NCBI GenBank assembly: GCA_938083015.1
Contig: CALKCX010000003.1
Span: 14,793-78,792 of the forward strand
Direction of reading: 5' to 3'
DNA length: 64,000 bases
Source: an uncultured Candidatus Micrarchaeota archaeon
Lineage (GTDB): Archaea > Micrarchaeota > Micrarchaeia > Anstonellales > J096
Under the pieces are notes generated by a model, which was given only the letters and a program-made list of their open reading frames with translations, had not been told where the DNA came from and did no database searches. Numbering within the stretch: the first letter of the stretch is position 1; each line of letters opens with the position of its first letter. The translations under genes were made by a program, and so were the position numbers. Shown piece after piece: positions 53,614-62,880 of the stretch.

Positions 53614-56264
53614 TACTTGTCTTCTTATTACTTTTCTCTGGTTGTATTGATCAAATTAATCAACAATTAAAGGCCTCTAGTGATGCTTATAAAAATTTAG
53701 GTATTGCTGAAAATGTATCTGTGCAATATGATAAGAATACTTTAATTAATGTGTTAAAAGAAGCTAAAAAACAGTATGAATCAAGAGAAAACGGATCTGT
53801 GTATACATTGGTATGCAATTATTCTAAATTAAAGAAAGTAGGTTGGGATAAGTTTAAGGCTTATTGGAAATTCTTATTAGGAGATAAAAAAGCTTTGTTT
53901 GACGAATCTCTAATTGGTGGAGAATGTTGGATACAAAATGTTAGTCATTATCCTAGTATTGAAGCTATTATTGTTTCACCTTATCTTTCTGTAAGTGAAA
54001 TAAAGAAAAATCAGGCTTTTTATAAAGTTATTATGGAAGATGATGGCCGCGTATACATAGAAGATATATCCAAATTAAGTGATCAAGAGATAGAGAAAAG
54101 ATATAAATTATTTCACAGATTCTTATTCTTTGGAATAGGTTCTGGTCCATCTTTCTCTGATTTCAATGAACTTAATCCATTTTGCAATAATTCTTTAAGA
54201 TATCCAATTAAATACATTTCTGGTACTAAAACACAATATCTTTTACCAGCATTACCTGATATAAGAGCTGCTTGTTATCTAGATCTTGGTTATATACCTG
54301 TATATGTCTTTTATAGTAAATACGGTATTCCAGAAGTAGATAATTCTGCATTATTAGTAGCTAGACTATCTGGAGAGGCCTATGGAAATCAAGGACACGT
54401 AGGACCTGTAATATTGTTTACAGAAGCTTCTATTACTCCTGATGAATTATTACAAGGATTAGATGTAAATTCAAATACACCTGTTGCAGGTAGGATAAAG
54501 GCACAAGTAGTATCTTGGAAAATACTCTGTCCAAGTTGTCTAATTGGTCTATCAATACCTTTTGATGTTAAACATCAACATCTAAAGAAATTAAAAGATA
54601 TTATACTATCGGATAGTTTTCTCTATGAAAATGTTTCAATAATAGGTTTTGGTCTAGATGTTGATAAATTAGATAATAAAGATTCTGTTGCTGAGCTAAT
54701 TTATCGAATGGATAGTTTAATAAGATTTTCAAGAGATCTCGGTAAACCAAGTGCAATAACATACATGTATATTCCTCAATCTTGGTTAGAAAAGAAGATT
54801 AGACCAGATGGATACAAATATAGTAATTTTGATTACATTATGAAAACAATCTATTCTACTGAAGGAATAGGTACTATGGCCTTATCGCAGATGACTGGAA
54901 AGGGTTTGATGATGCTACCATCTCCTCCGCTAATTCCAGAATCAATGATAATATTATTGGGCAAAAACAATCCTATATCTGTACTTACATCTGGTTTTGA
55001 TAAAAATGAACAGGTATTTTCCTATACTTTAAGTTATTGTAAAGAGTATTTTAAGGTAGATCAAGGATTACCTGTAATATACTCGTCTTCCGGAGTAGAT
55101 CTATTAGGTATTAGTCTAGCAAGTAGAACATCTTATTTTAAAGATACTCCTGATTATAGAGAACCAATATACAATCCACCTAAAATATACGATATAAATG
55201 ATAAGGATGATGTTGTATTTAAATGTGTTGGTTGTTTTCTTATGTTAAATTCTAGTCAAATTAAAAATTATAAAAACATATTTAATACTGCTAGATATAC
55301 AAAAGGGTGCAATGAACCTGATGAAAATATAGTAAAGAAGATAAAATTCTATTCAGATATAATAGATATGGATCCACCTTTTATAAGAGCTTTAATAGAC
55401 GAGCTTACAAATTATAATCCTAATCATGTATCATTTGCAAAAGATGCAAAAGAACAAATGGAAAGATGTGGTCATAATCTTACATACGATGCTGTTAAAT
55501 CAATGTTACCAAATACGCCTAAGATTAGCGATTACGTATGTGGATTCGGTATTATGGATGTAAAACTTGATATAACTAAAGAAATCATTAGTCCATGTGA
55601 AAACAGTAATAACATATTAGGTAAACGAATATTTGAAATAGACATAAATATGTGTAAAGGTATATTATTATTAGCTAATGCTTCAGATCAAGCAGAACAG
55701 TTAATAAAACAATATAGTAAATATATGGCAAAAGATCTCGAAGATAGATATATGATATATCGAATGATGCTAACAGCTCTTATATATGATCAAGGTAGGA
55801 ATTTTACAGAAGCTACTGTGTCATATTTTAATGGTATAAACAATGACGGTTTAGTTGATCAGATTAAGACTGTGGGATTAACTGGTCAAAAGAATGAAGA
55901 TGATAAAAAATGTGAAGATTATATGAGCTTGGATAAATTCTTTCAATATTGTTGTTATTACGATGGCAATAGGTATGAAATGATAAATGGTTATTGTAAA
56001 AAAATAGCTGATTATGAGAATTATTGGGATTTCTTATTAGGTATGAAACTTGCTCGAGGCTTTATGTATAGTAGCAATCCCGATTATTTTATATCATTTA
56101 AAGAAGCTTATTTAAAAGTAGAGAAAACGTTAAATATAACATCCAAATACTTCGATGTGTATGAGAAATGTAAAGATTGTGCAGATGAGAATTGGGCAGA
56201 TAATGTTAATAGAAAGATAAAGCAAATATGTGGCAATTTACCTAATCTACCTATGTGTAAATAG
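53610..56264 (+). CDS. Large Cys-rich surface lipoprotein with GH-A-like barrel and degenerate SLT-like domain
   Basis: Lipobox LLFSGC at ATG 53610 (ATGA overlap with the upstream stop); 23 Cys; DMDPPFIRALIDELTNYNPNHVS, GFGIMDV, IFEIDINMCKGILLL, ALIYDQG. Confidence 0.65.
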   Translation: MILVFLLLFSGCIDQINQQLKASSDAYKNLGIAENVSVQYDKNTLINVLKEAKKQYESRENGSVYTLVCNYSKLKKVGWDKFKAYWKFLLGDKKALFDESLIGGECWIQNVSHYPSIEAIIVSPYLSVSEIKKNQAFYKVIMEDDGRVYIEDISKLSDQEIEKRYKLFHRFLFFGIGSGPSFSDFNELNPFCNNSLRYPIKYISGTKTQYLLPALPDIRAACYLDLGYIPVYVFYSKYGIPEVDNSALLVARLSGEAYGNQGHVGPVILFTEASITPDELLQGLDVNSNTPVAGRIKAQVVSWKILCPSCLIGLSIPFDVKHQHLKKLKDIILSDSFLYENVSIIGFGLDVDKLDNKDSVAELIYRMDSLIRFSRDLGKPSAITYMYIPQSWLEKKIRPDGYKYSNFDYIMKTIYSTEGIGTMALSQMTGKGLMMLPSPPLIPESMIILLGKNNPISVLTSGFDKNEQVFSYTLSYCKEYFKVDQGLPVIYSSSGVDLLGISLASRTSYFKDTPDYREPIYNPPKIYDINDKDDVVFKCVGCFLMLNSSQIKNYKNIFNTARYTKGCNEPDENIVKKIKFYSDIIDMDPPFIRALIDELTNYNPNHVSFAKDAKEQMERCGHNLTYDAVKSMLPNTPKISDYVCGFGIMDVKLDITKEIISPCENSNNILGKRIFEIDINMCKGILLLANASDQAEQLIKQYSKYMAKDLEDRYMIYRMMLTALIYDQGRNFTEATVSYFNGINNDGLVDQIKTVGLTGQKNEDDKKCEDYMSLDKFFQYCCYYDGNRYEMINGYCKKIADYENYWDFLLGMKLARGFMYSSNPDYFISFKEAYLKVEKTLNITSKYFDVYEKCKDCADENWADNVNRKIKQICGNLPNLPMCK

Positions 56265-56266
56265 AT

Positions 56267-56953
56267 ATGAGAGAAACCATATTTCCTGAATTAAAACCTG
56301 GTTATAATGATGTAAAATCTTATAGTACTAATGGTCCAGAAGTGAGAACAAGGTTTACGATAAAAAAAGATTGGGTAATGACAATAGCTGATACTCCTGA
56401 AAATCATGTTCAACCTGTACATTATCATACTAAAAAGAAAGAAACTATATTTATAATAAAGGGATGCGGAGCTATCGTATATTATGTTAATGGAGAGGAA
56501 TGTCAAACAGTAGTATGTGGGGCGACTATGGTGAGTTTCTATGAAGGTATCTCCCATACTTTAAAGGCGATTACCAAATTTCCAAATTTTAGTATAAAAA
56601 GATTTACCGAAGATGATTATTCATTAGGAATATCTGAAAACAAAACTCATCCTTATATTAGGCGTCTTTATCATCAAGATGGATTAATAAGATTAATCCA
56701 TAGACCTGACGGAGAGAATATAGGAAGAATTGGAGTATACATAATAGATCGTAAAGAGAAGATCGAAGAATTACTTAGGAAAATGCGACAATCGATAACA
56801 CATCTTACCATAATTTATATAAAGGGTAGTATTGGTATAGATGGACATACTTTTGAAGGTGGAATAATAAAATTAGATGAATCCTTTGATTTAAGATCTT
56901 TAAGTATTTATGATTTAGATTATGCTATAATATTGAAGACATCCTCAAGATGA
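56267..56953 (+). CDS. Cupin-domain protein
   Basis: Motif 1 PVHYHTKKKETIFIIKG and motif 2 EGISHTL. Confidence 0.78.
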   Translation: MRETIFPELKPGYNDVKSYSTNGPEVRTRFTIKKDWVMTIADTPENHVQPVHYHTKKKETIFIIKGCGAIVYYVNGEECQTVVCGATMVSFYEGISHTLKAITKFPNFSIKRFTEDDYSLGISENKTHPYIRRLYHQDGLIRLIHRPDGENIGRIGVYIIDRKEKIEELLRKMRQSITHLTIIYIKGSIGIDGHTFEGGIIKLDESFDLRSLSIYDLDYAIILKTSSR

Positions 56954-58251
56954 GTTAATCTTCTGTTTTTTATACCATCAAAAAACGTATAACCTATAAG
57001 ATCTTTAATCAAAACCCTATTTACCCCGATTTTTCTAGCTCTGTTTATCTTCTTAATTGCCTCTCCTTTTCCATCAATATACATTACATCATACTTATCT
57101 ATTAATTTAAGATATTCTTCATGCCCATCTAAACCGCTTAATGTTATAAATAGAAAATCGTATGGTCTGACTTTGGTATTAAACTCAAAATGATCGTTTC
57201 TAAATCCTTGTTCTAAGATTACATACAATAATCTCTCTAAACCTAATGAAGATTCAACTACATGAGGGGTTGGAAATGATAATTTAGAATATTCTCTATG
57301 TCTACTAAGATCATAATTTGATCTATAAGCATTTCCAGCTATTTCTATAACACCGTATTCTGTCATAACTTCTATATCGAAATTACCTTTAGAATAATGT
57401 GGTGTTTCATGAGCTTCTAATTCTCTTATCCACATTTTTCTCTGATCTAAACCTAATTCTGTATAGAATTCCCATTCCATAGCTAAGAAAGCTGCCATAA
57501 TTTGATTGTCCATTACTTCTTTTAAAAAATCAGATACTGTCATTTCTTCAATGTTATCTTTTCCTCTTCTTTTAATCCTAAACTTTCTATTGGTATACAT
57601 TTCAAAATTCTTAAAAACAGGATTATTCGGATCAAAGAAGTATTCAACTTCCATTTGATTAAACTCTCTTAATCTAATCAATCCTCTTCTAGGACTAATT
57701 TCATTTCTAAAACTTTTACCAACTTGTGCTATAGCTATAGGTAAGCGATTATAGGTTTTATAAAATCTTGGAAAATCTACAAACATTCCCTGTGCAGTTT
57801 CTGGTCTTAGAAAACCTATTTGATCTCTACCATAACCTATTTCTGTTTTAAACATCAAGTTTACATATTCTACTTTTGAAAATTCTCCACCATATTCTGA
57901 TCTTAGATCTTTAAGAAGTTCATCTGCTTTTTCAGGATCCCATGTTTTACCAGCTTCTTCTACAATCTTATCAGCTCTGTAAACATTACCTGTTTTCATA
58001 CACCTTACCATAGGATCTGTGAAGTTATCGTAATGACCAGAAGCTTTTAATACAATCTCTGGAGTTATCAAAGAAGTATCTATTTCAATAAAATTATGTC
58101 TTCTTACAAATATTTTTCTCCATAAGTTTATTATTCTATTCTTCATCCTTAATCCTATCTCTCCATAATTATAGAAACCTGCTGGTGAATCGTATATTTC
58201 ATTAGACGGATATATTATATTTAATTCTTGGGCAAGCTCTAGTGCTTTCAT
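56920..58251 (-). CDS. glyS: Glycine--tRNA ligase (alpha2 type)
   Basis: ASGHYDNFTDP, NLMF, LRPETAQG, GKSFRNEISPR, REFNQME, VVESSLGLER; start ATG 58251. Confidence 0.95.
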   Translation of the reverse strand: MKALELAQELNIIYPSNEIYDSPAGFYNYGEIGLRMKNRIINLWRKIFVRRHNFIEIDTSLITPEIVLKASGHYDNFTDPMVRCMKTGNVYRADKIVEEAGKTWDPEKADELLKDLRSEYGGEFSKVEYVNLMFKTEIGYGRDQIGFLRPETAQGMFVDFPRFYKTYNRLPIAIAQVGKSFRNEISPRRGLIRLREFNQMEVEYFFDPNNPVFKNFEMYTNRKFRIKRRGKDNIEEMTVSDFLKEVMDNQIMAAFLAMEWEFYTELGLDQRKMWIRELEAHETPHYSKGNFDIEVMTEYGVIEIAGNAYRSNYDLSRHREYSKLSFPTPHVVESSLGLERLLYVILEQGFRNDHFEFNTKVRPYDFLFITLSGLDGHEEYLKLIDKYDVMYIDGKGEAIKKINRARKIGVNRVLIKDLIGYTFFDGIKNRRLTHLEDVFNIIA

Positions 58252-58287
58252 ACCTATTTTAAAATATCTATACATTTTAAAATAACC

Positions 58288-58677
58288 ATGTTTAGAAGAA
58301 TACCTAAAGATGAGAAAATATTAGAATTAAACATAGGACAGGAGTTTGACGATTTTATAATAGTTTCAGATTACGATGTTAAACTATTGAAAGACCTAGG
58401 TATAATGGATGAAGAAGTAAATGTAGACATGAAAATATACGAAGTTTATAAAGAATTGTATGAAAAAGGATACAACCCCTCGATATTCGTATATAATGAT
58501 CAGATATACATTAAAATTACATCTCAGAGATTTTTAAGACACAGACCGGCCTATAAATATTTAATAGCTTTTGATATGAATCTCGATTTACATCTTAAAG
58601 CAGCTACAGCAACTAAACTTAAGCTATTAATATATCAAGATGGCAAGTATTTAATGATCTTACCTCATATTCTGTGA
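58288..58677 (+). CDS. Putative tRNA-splicing endonuclease-like subunit (probably structural/beta)
   Basis: IYEVYKELYEKGY resembles the EndA YxVYxdLrxxGy helix; HRPAYKYLI and KAATATKLKLLIY resemble EndA C-terminal strands; catalytic GxKxG..Y loop not evident. Confidence 0.5.
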   Translation: MFRRIPKDEKILELNIGQEFDDFIIVSDYDVKLLKDLGIMDEEVNVDMKIYEVYKELYEKGYNPSIFVYNDQIYIKITSQRFLRHRPAYKYLIAFDMNLDLHLKAATATKLKLLIYQDGKYLMILPHIL

Positions 58678-59397
58678 AAATATTATATAATAGAATATTA
58701 ATAAAAATATCAAAGTCAAATAGTAAATAGGTATTGGTAAAACTAAAGAATTAGAAGCGTAATATAAAAGAATTCCAGAGATACTTCCACCTAATGCCCC
58801 TATAACATTGCTTATCTCTTTACTACCTATTCCTTCTTCTTCAAAATACCCTGCTATAGAATCAAACAGATTACCTATTATACCTGCTATAAATATTAGA
58901 ATAGAATTTTCTATACTTATATTAAATACTAATATACCAAATATAGATATTAACATAGATCCAAATGCACCTGCTAATGATCCGTATAGACTTATCCCTC
59001 CGCTTCTTCCTATTACTGTTCTTCTTCTACCTATAATAGTATATACGTACTTATCGAATATTCCAAGTTCAGATGAAAACTTATCAGCAGTAATTGCTGC
59101 TAAAGCACTTAAATAACCTAGATAAGCAAGATCTCTATCGATTATTCCAAATGGCATATCAAATAAAGCTAATAATATAGGTATTATACCATTAGATAAT
59201 ACATTATTGAACGATCTTGTTTTCTCAAGTTTCTTCATCTTCATCTTAGTTACAGGTCTAATCATAGATACGTAATTACCTAACATTAAAAATACTATTA
59301 AACCAAATAGATATTCAGGTCTACTTAAAAAGTATAACAATAAAGCTATGATCAATGCAACTAATATGCCTTTTCCATCTAAACCTAACAGACTCAT
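58660..59397 (-). CDS. DUF92/TMEM19 family membrane protein
   Basis: RSFNNVLSNG, AAITADKFSSELG, GRSGGISLYG, GNLFDSIAG, multiple TMs. Confidence 0.88.
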   Translation of the reverse strand: MSLLGLDGKGILVALIIALLLYFLSRPEYLFGLIVFLMLGNYVSMIRPVTKMKMKKLEKTRSFNNVLSNGIIPILLALFDMPFGIIDRDLAYLGYLSALAAITADKFSSELGIFDKYVYTIIGRRRTVIGRSGGISLYGSLAGAFGSMLISIFGILVFNISIENSILIFIAGIIGNLFDSIAGYFEEEGIGSKEISNVIGALGGSISGILLYYASNSLVLPIPIYYLTLIFLLIFYYIIFSQNMR

Positions 59398-59444
59398 GAT
59401 ATATATTACATAAAATTTAAATATAGATCAAAACTATTAATTTT

Positions 59445-61040
59445 ATGTGTGGTATTGTTGGGTATATAGGCCATAGACCAAATCAGGTAATAAAATATGC
59501 ATTAAAAGCTGTAGAATACCGTGGTTATGATTCAGTAGGTTATTACGATGGAAATCTAGTAAAAATAGTTGGTAAAGTTGACGATTTATTGAAGAAATTG
59601 GAAAATGTTAATTCTCCGTTTATCGCCCATACTAGATGGGCAACTCATGGTGCAGTCGAACCTAAAAACGCTCATCCTCATGTATATGGCAAAATAGTAT
59701 TAGTACATAATGGTACTGTAAATATAGATAGAAAAATCGATAATCTTGTTTCTGATACAGATTCAGAGAGAATAGCGGCAATATTAGATCAATTGACTGT
59801 TAATGAAAACATACTAAATGCTTTAGCAAGATTATATCAAGAGATTGAAGGTACGTTTACATTAGCTATAATGCATAAAGATCAACATGATAAAATATAT
59901 TTTGTAAAACAAGGTACGCCTCTTATTATAGGTATAGGTGAAAACGAGATGTTCTTAAGTTCAGATCTTGTTGCTTTTCTTCCATATACTAATAAATATA
60001 TAAGATTAGAAGATGGAGATTATGGATATATAACAAAAGAAGGTTATGTGATATATAATAATGGTAATCTTGTAAACAGACCTGTAAGGATATTTGAAAG
60101 CGATTATAAGGCAGCGATTTTAGATAATTATCCGCATTTTATGTTAAAAGAAATAGAAGAACAAAGACAATTACCAGAAGCTATTCAACCTATAGATATA
60201 TCATTGTTGAAAAAGATAATAAAAAGAACAAGAATAGACGGAGTAGCTGCAGGAAGTAGTTATCATGCATTGACTTTTATTAGATATTTGACGAAAAATA
60301 AGATATTGCCTTACATATCTTCAGAATATCCATATCTTATAGATAGGCCAAAATATGTTTTAGCTATTAGTCAAAGTGGAGAAACAATAGATACAATATA
60401 CGCTGTAAAACTAGCTAAAGAAAAGGGGGCAAAGATTATAAGTATTACAAACTATATAGGTTCTACATTAGCATCTATATCAGATTATGTAATACCTATG
60501 AATGCTGGTATAGAAATTGGGGTAGCAGCTACTAAAACATTTCTTGCACAGGTATTGTTAGGTTATAAATTAATAGATGACTTCGATGTGCAGTATATTA
60601 AAAAGGCAATAGAAGTTGGGTTAACTAAACCTTTGATTAACATTGATATTACAAAACCGATATTTTTCGTAGGCAAAGGCATAAATTATAGTATAGCTAT
60701 GGAAGGTGCTTTAAAGATGAAGGAAATAACATATTTATATTCGGAAGCATTTCCTGCTGGTGAGATGAAACACGGGCCTCTTAGTTTATTTGATCAAAAC
60801 TCTCAGACAATATTTATACATGGAAACGATTCAAGTTATAACAGTGCTATAAACAATTATAAAGAAATAGAAGCAAGGGGAAGTAAAGTAATAAGATTAA
60901 ATCCTGAGATGTTAACAGATAGATATTTTCACATAGCTGCCATAGTATATTTGCAGAGATTAGCTTATAATACTGCTGTTCAAATAGGTCGAGATCCTGA
61001 TAAACCTAGATTCTTAGCAAAGGCGATTACAGTAGAATGA
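59445..61040 (+). CDS. glmS: Glutamine--fructose-6-phosphate aminotransferase (isomerizing)
   Basis: MCGIVG, EYRGYDS, HTRWATHG, HNG, SQSGET, VAATKT, EGALKMKE, KHGP, PRFLAKAITVE. Confidence 0.96.
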   Translation: MCGIVGYIGHRPNQVIKYALKAVEYRGYDSVGYYDGNLVKIVGKVDDLLKKLENVNSPFIAHTRWATHGAVEPKNAHPHVYGKIVLVHNGTVNIDRKIDNLVSDTDSERIAAILDQLTVNENILNALARLYQEIEGTFTLAIMHKDQHDKIYFVKQGTPLIIGIGENEMFLSSDLVAFLPYTNKYIRLEDGDYGYITKEGYVIYNNGNLVNRPVRIFESDYKAAILDNYPHFMLKEIEEQRQLPEAIQPIDISLLKKIIKRTRIDGVAAGSSYHALTFIRYLTKNKILPYISSEYPYLIDRPKYVLAISQSGETIDTIYAVKLAKEKGAKIISITNYIGSTLASISDYVIPMNAGIEIGVAATKTFLAQVLLGYKLIDDFDVQYIKKAIEVGLTKPLINIDITKPIFFVGKGINYSIAMEGALKMKEITYLYSEAFPAGEMKHGPLSLFDQNSQTIFIHGNDSSYNSAINNYKEIEARGSKVIRLNPEMLTDRYFHIAAIVYLQRLAYNTAVQIGRDPDKPRFLAKAITVE

Positions 61041-62134
61041 AAGTTCTAATAAATAGCTTAGAAATAGGTGGGGCAGAGAGATCTCTTGAAATGTTAAGTA
61101 AATATCTAGATATGGATGTTTATACTCTATTTGATATGTCGAAGATGAATATAAAATATAGGCCTATAACTAAGTTAAAATCCATTAAAGGTATATTCTG
61201 GTATTTATATTTACCTTATATTATATTTGAAGCTAAAAAGATGTTTAAATCTGGTGATATAATTGTATCTCATTTAAATCAATCTAATATCGTGAATTAT
61301 ATTTTAAAAAGAGTTTTGAATACCAAAAGTATAATGGTTATACATCATTTGTTTCTAAATAGGCGTATTCCTTTTGAAATTGATGTAATGAGAGGCGCAG
61401 ATATGGTAGTATTCGTCTCTAAACATATGGAATTTGATGGAAAGATTAGATATGGAATTAAAAACACGACCACGATATATAATCCTATAGATGTAAATTC
61501 TATATTAAACAATTCTAATTTAGATCCTGGTATAGATGGTGAATATATATTGAATATCGGTAGATTTATAGATATGAAAAACCAGGATTTTCTCATAAAC
61601 GTTTATTCTAAAATTAAGCAGAAATTAGATATGAAGTTAGTTATATTAGGATATGGAGAAAAAAAGGAGATGTTGAAAAGATTAGCTATTAGATTGGGGT
61701 TAAAGATAAGTGAAAATCCAGAAGATAATGCCGATGTTTATATTATAAGTACAAACAATGTCTATCCTTATATTAAATCTGCTAGAGCTTATATACATCC
61801 GTCTACAATGGAAGGAATGGGGATTGCAGTTTTAGAAGCTCTTGTATTTAACAAACCTATTATTATATCAGATTACAAACATGGAAGTAGAGAAATATTA
61901 GAAATTGGTTTTGAAGAAAAAATAGAATATCCGAAATATACTGAGCGAGGTGTGCTAATGCCTGTTACTAAAGATGTTAACTCACTAGAAGGACAGATTT
62001 GGATAGAGAATATACCACGTATATTGGAAGATTATAAAAAAGTCGACGGTCTTAGATTTATAAAAGAGAATTTTGATCCTGTTAAAATTGCAGATAAGTG
62101 GAAAAACTTGTTAATTACTCTCGAGCATAGCTAA
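61037..62134 (+). CDS. Glycosyltransferase family 4 (GT-B)
   Basis: GGAER, IYNPID, IGRFIDMKNQ, PSTMEGMGIAVLEAL. Confidence 0.9.
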   Translation: MKVLINSLEIGGAERSLEMLSKYLDMDVYTLFDMSKMNIKYRPITKLKSIKGIFWYLYLPYIIFEAKKMFKSGDIIVSHLNQSNIVNYILKRVLNTKSIMVIHHLFLNRRIPFEIDVMRGADMVVFVSKHMEFDGKIRYGIKNTTTIYNPIDVNSILNNSNLDPGIDGEYILNIGRFIDMKNQDFLINVYSKIKQKLDMKLVILGYGEKKEMLKRLAIRLGLKISENPEDNADVYIISTNNVYPYIKSARAYIHPSTMEGMGIAVLEALVFNKPIIISDYKHGSREILEIGFEEKIEYPKYTERGVLMPVTKDVNSLEGQIWIENIPRILEDYKKVDGLRFIKENFDPVKIADKWKNLLITLEHS

Positions 62135-62836
62135 AATATTAGCTATTAGATCTGCAACTAAGTATGCACTTTTTCTCTCAGGAAGTATTTCAACTACATC
62201 TATTCCAAGTATATTTTTTCCCCTTAGACTATCTATAAAATCAAGTAATTGTTGATAGCTTATACCATTAGGTACCAATACATTAGTATCTATGTATTTA
62301 GGATCTAATATGTCCATATCAATAGATAGATAAAAATCGTTTATCGAATTATCGTAATGTTTCCATCCAATTTCATCGCGTTCAACAACTCTTACACCAT
62401 AATGGTATACATGTTCTGTGTATTCTCTTAATCTCTTAGCTACACAGGCATGATCATATTTAGAACCTCTATATTCATCGTACATATCAGGATGGGCATC
62501 TAAGATAACGTAATTTTGAAATAGACCTATAGTCGATATTGTCACAGAATGATCTGGGGCAATCATAATAGGTATTTTAGATCTTGATATTATATTACGT
62601 ATAACAAAACTTAGTTCTTCCATAGAAGATCTTTCTAATAACACCATATCATAAGTATATACGGGAATGTTATTATAATCAATATTATACTTATTATTGT
62701 AACCTGGTAACTGCAATGATTGTTTAATTACTTCTATAGCTGGAGCTTTGTCTATATTATCTATAACAGGAATTACCACGTATTTTGATTTTTCAAAACT
62801 GTATTCTGAACCTAGAAATGAAAATTTGACAATCAT
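62111..62836 (-). CDS. Ureohydrolase (agmatinase/arginase family)
   Basis: DHSVT, LDAHPD, HACV, SIDMDILDP, GIDVVE. Confidence 0.88.
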   Translation of the reverse strand: MIVKFSFLGSEYSFEKSKYVVIPVIDNIDKAPAIEVIKQSLQLPGYNNKYNIDYNNIPVYTYDMVLLERSSMEELSFVIRNIISRSKIPIMIAPDHSVTISTIGLFQNYVILDAHPDMYDEYRGSKYDHACVAKRLREYTEHVYHYGVRVVERDEIGWKHYDNSINDFYLSIDMDILDPKYIDTNVLVPNGISYQQLLDFIDSLRGKNILGIDVVEILPERKSAYLVADLIANILAMLESN

Positions 62837-62880
62837 ATTATTAAGATATTTTTAAATATTTTACATATATAATCTAAGAT

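Noticed and set aside
59445..62134. Peptidoglycan biosynthesis inferred from GlmS, mutase and SLT genes
   Set aside because: No Mur ligases, MraY, MurG or PBPs in the window; UDP-GlcNAc supply is adequately explained by surface glycosylation.
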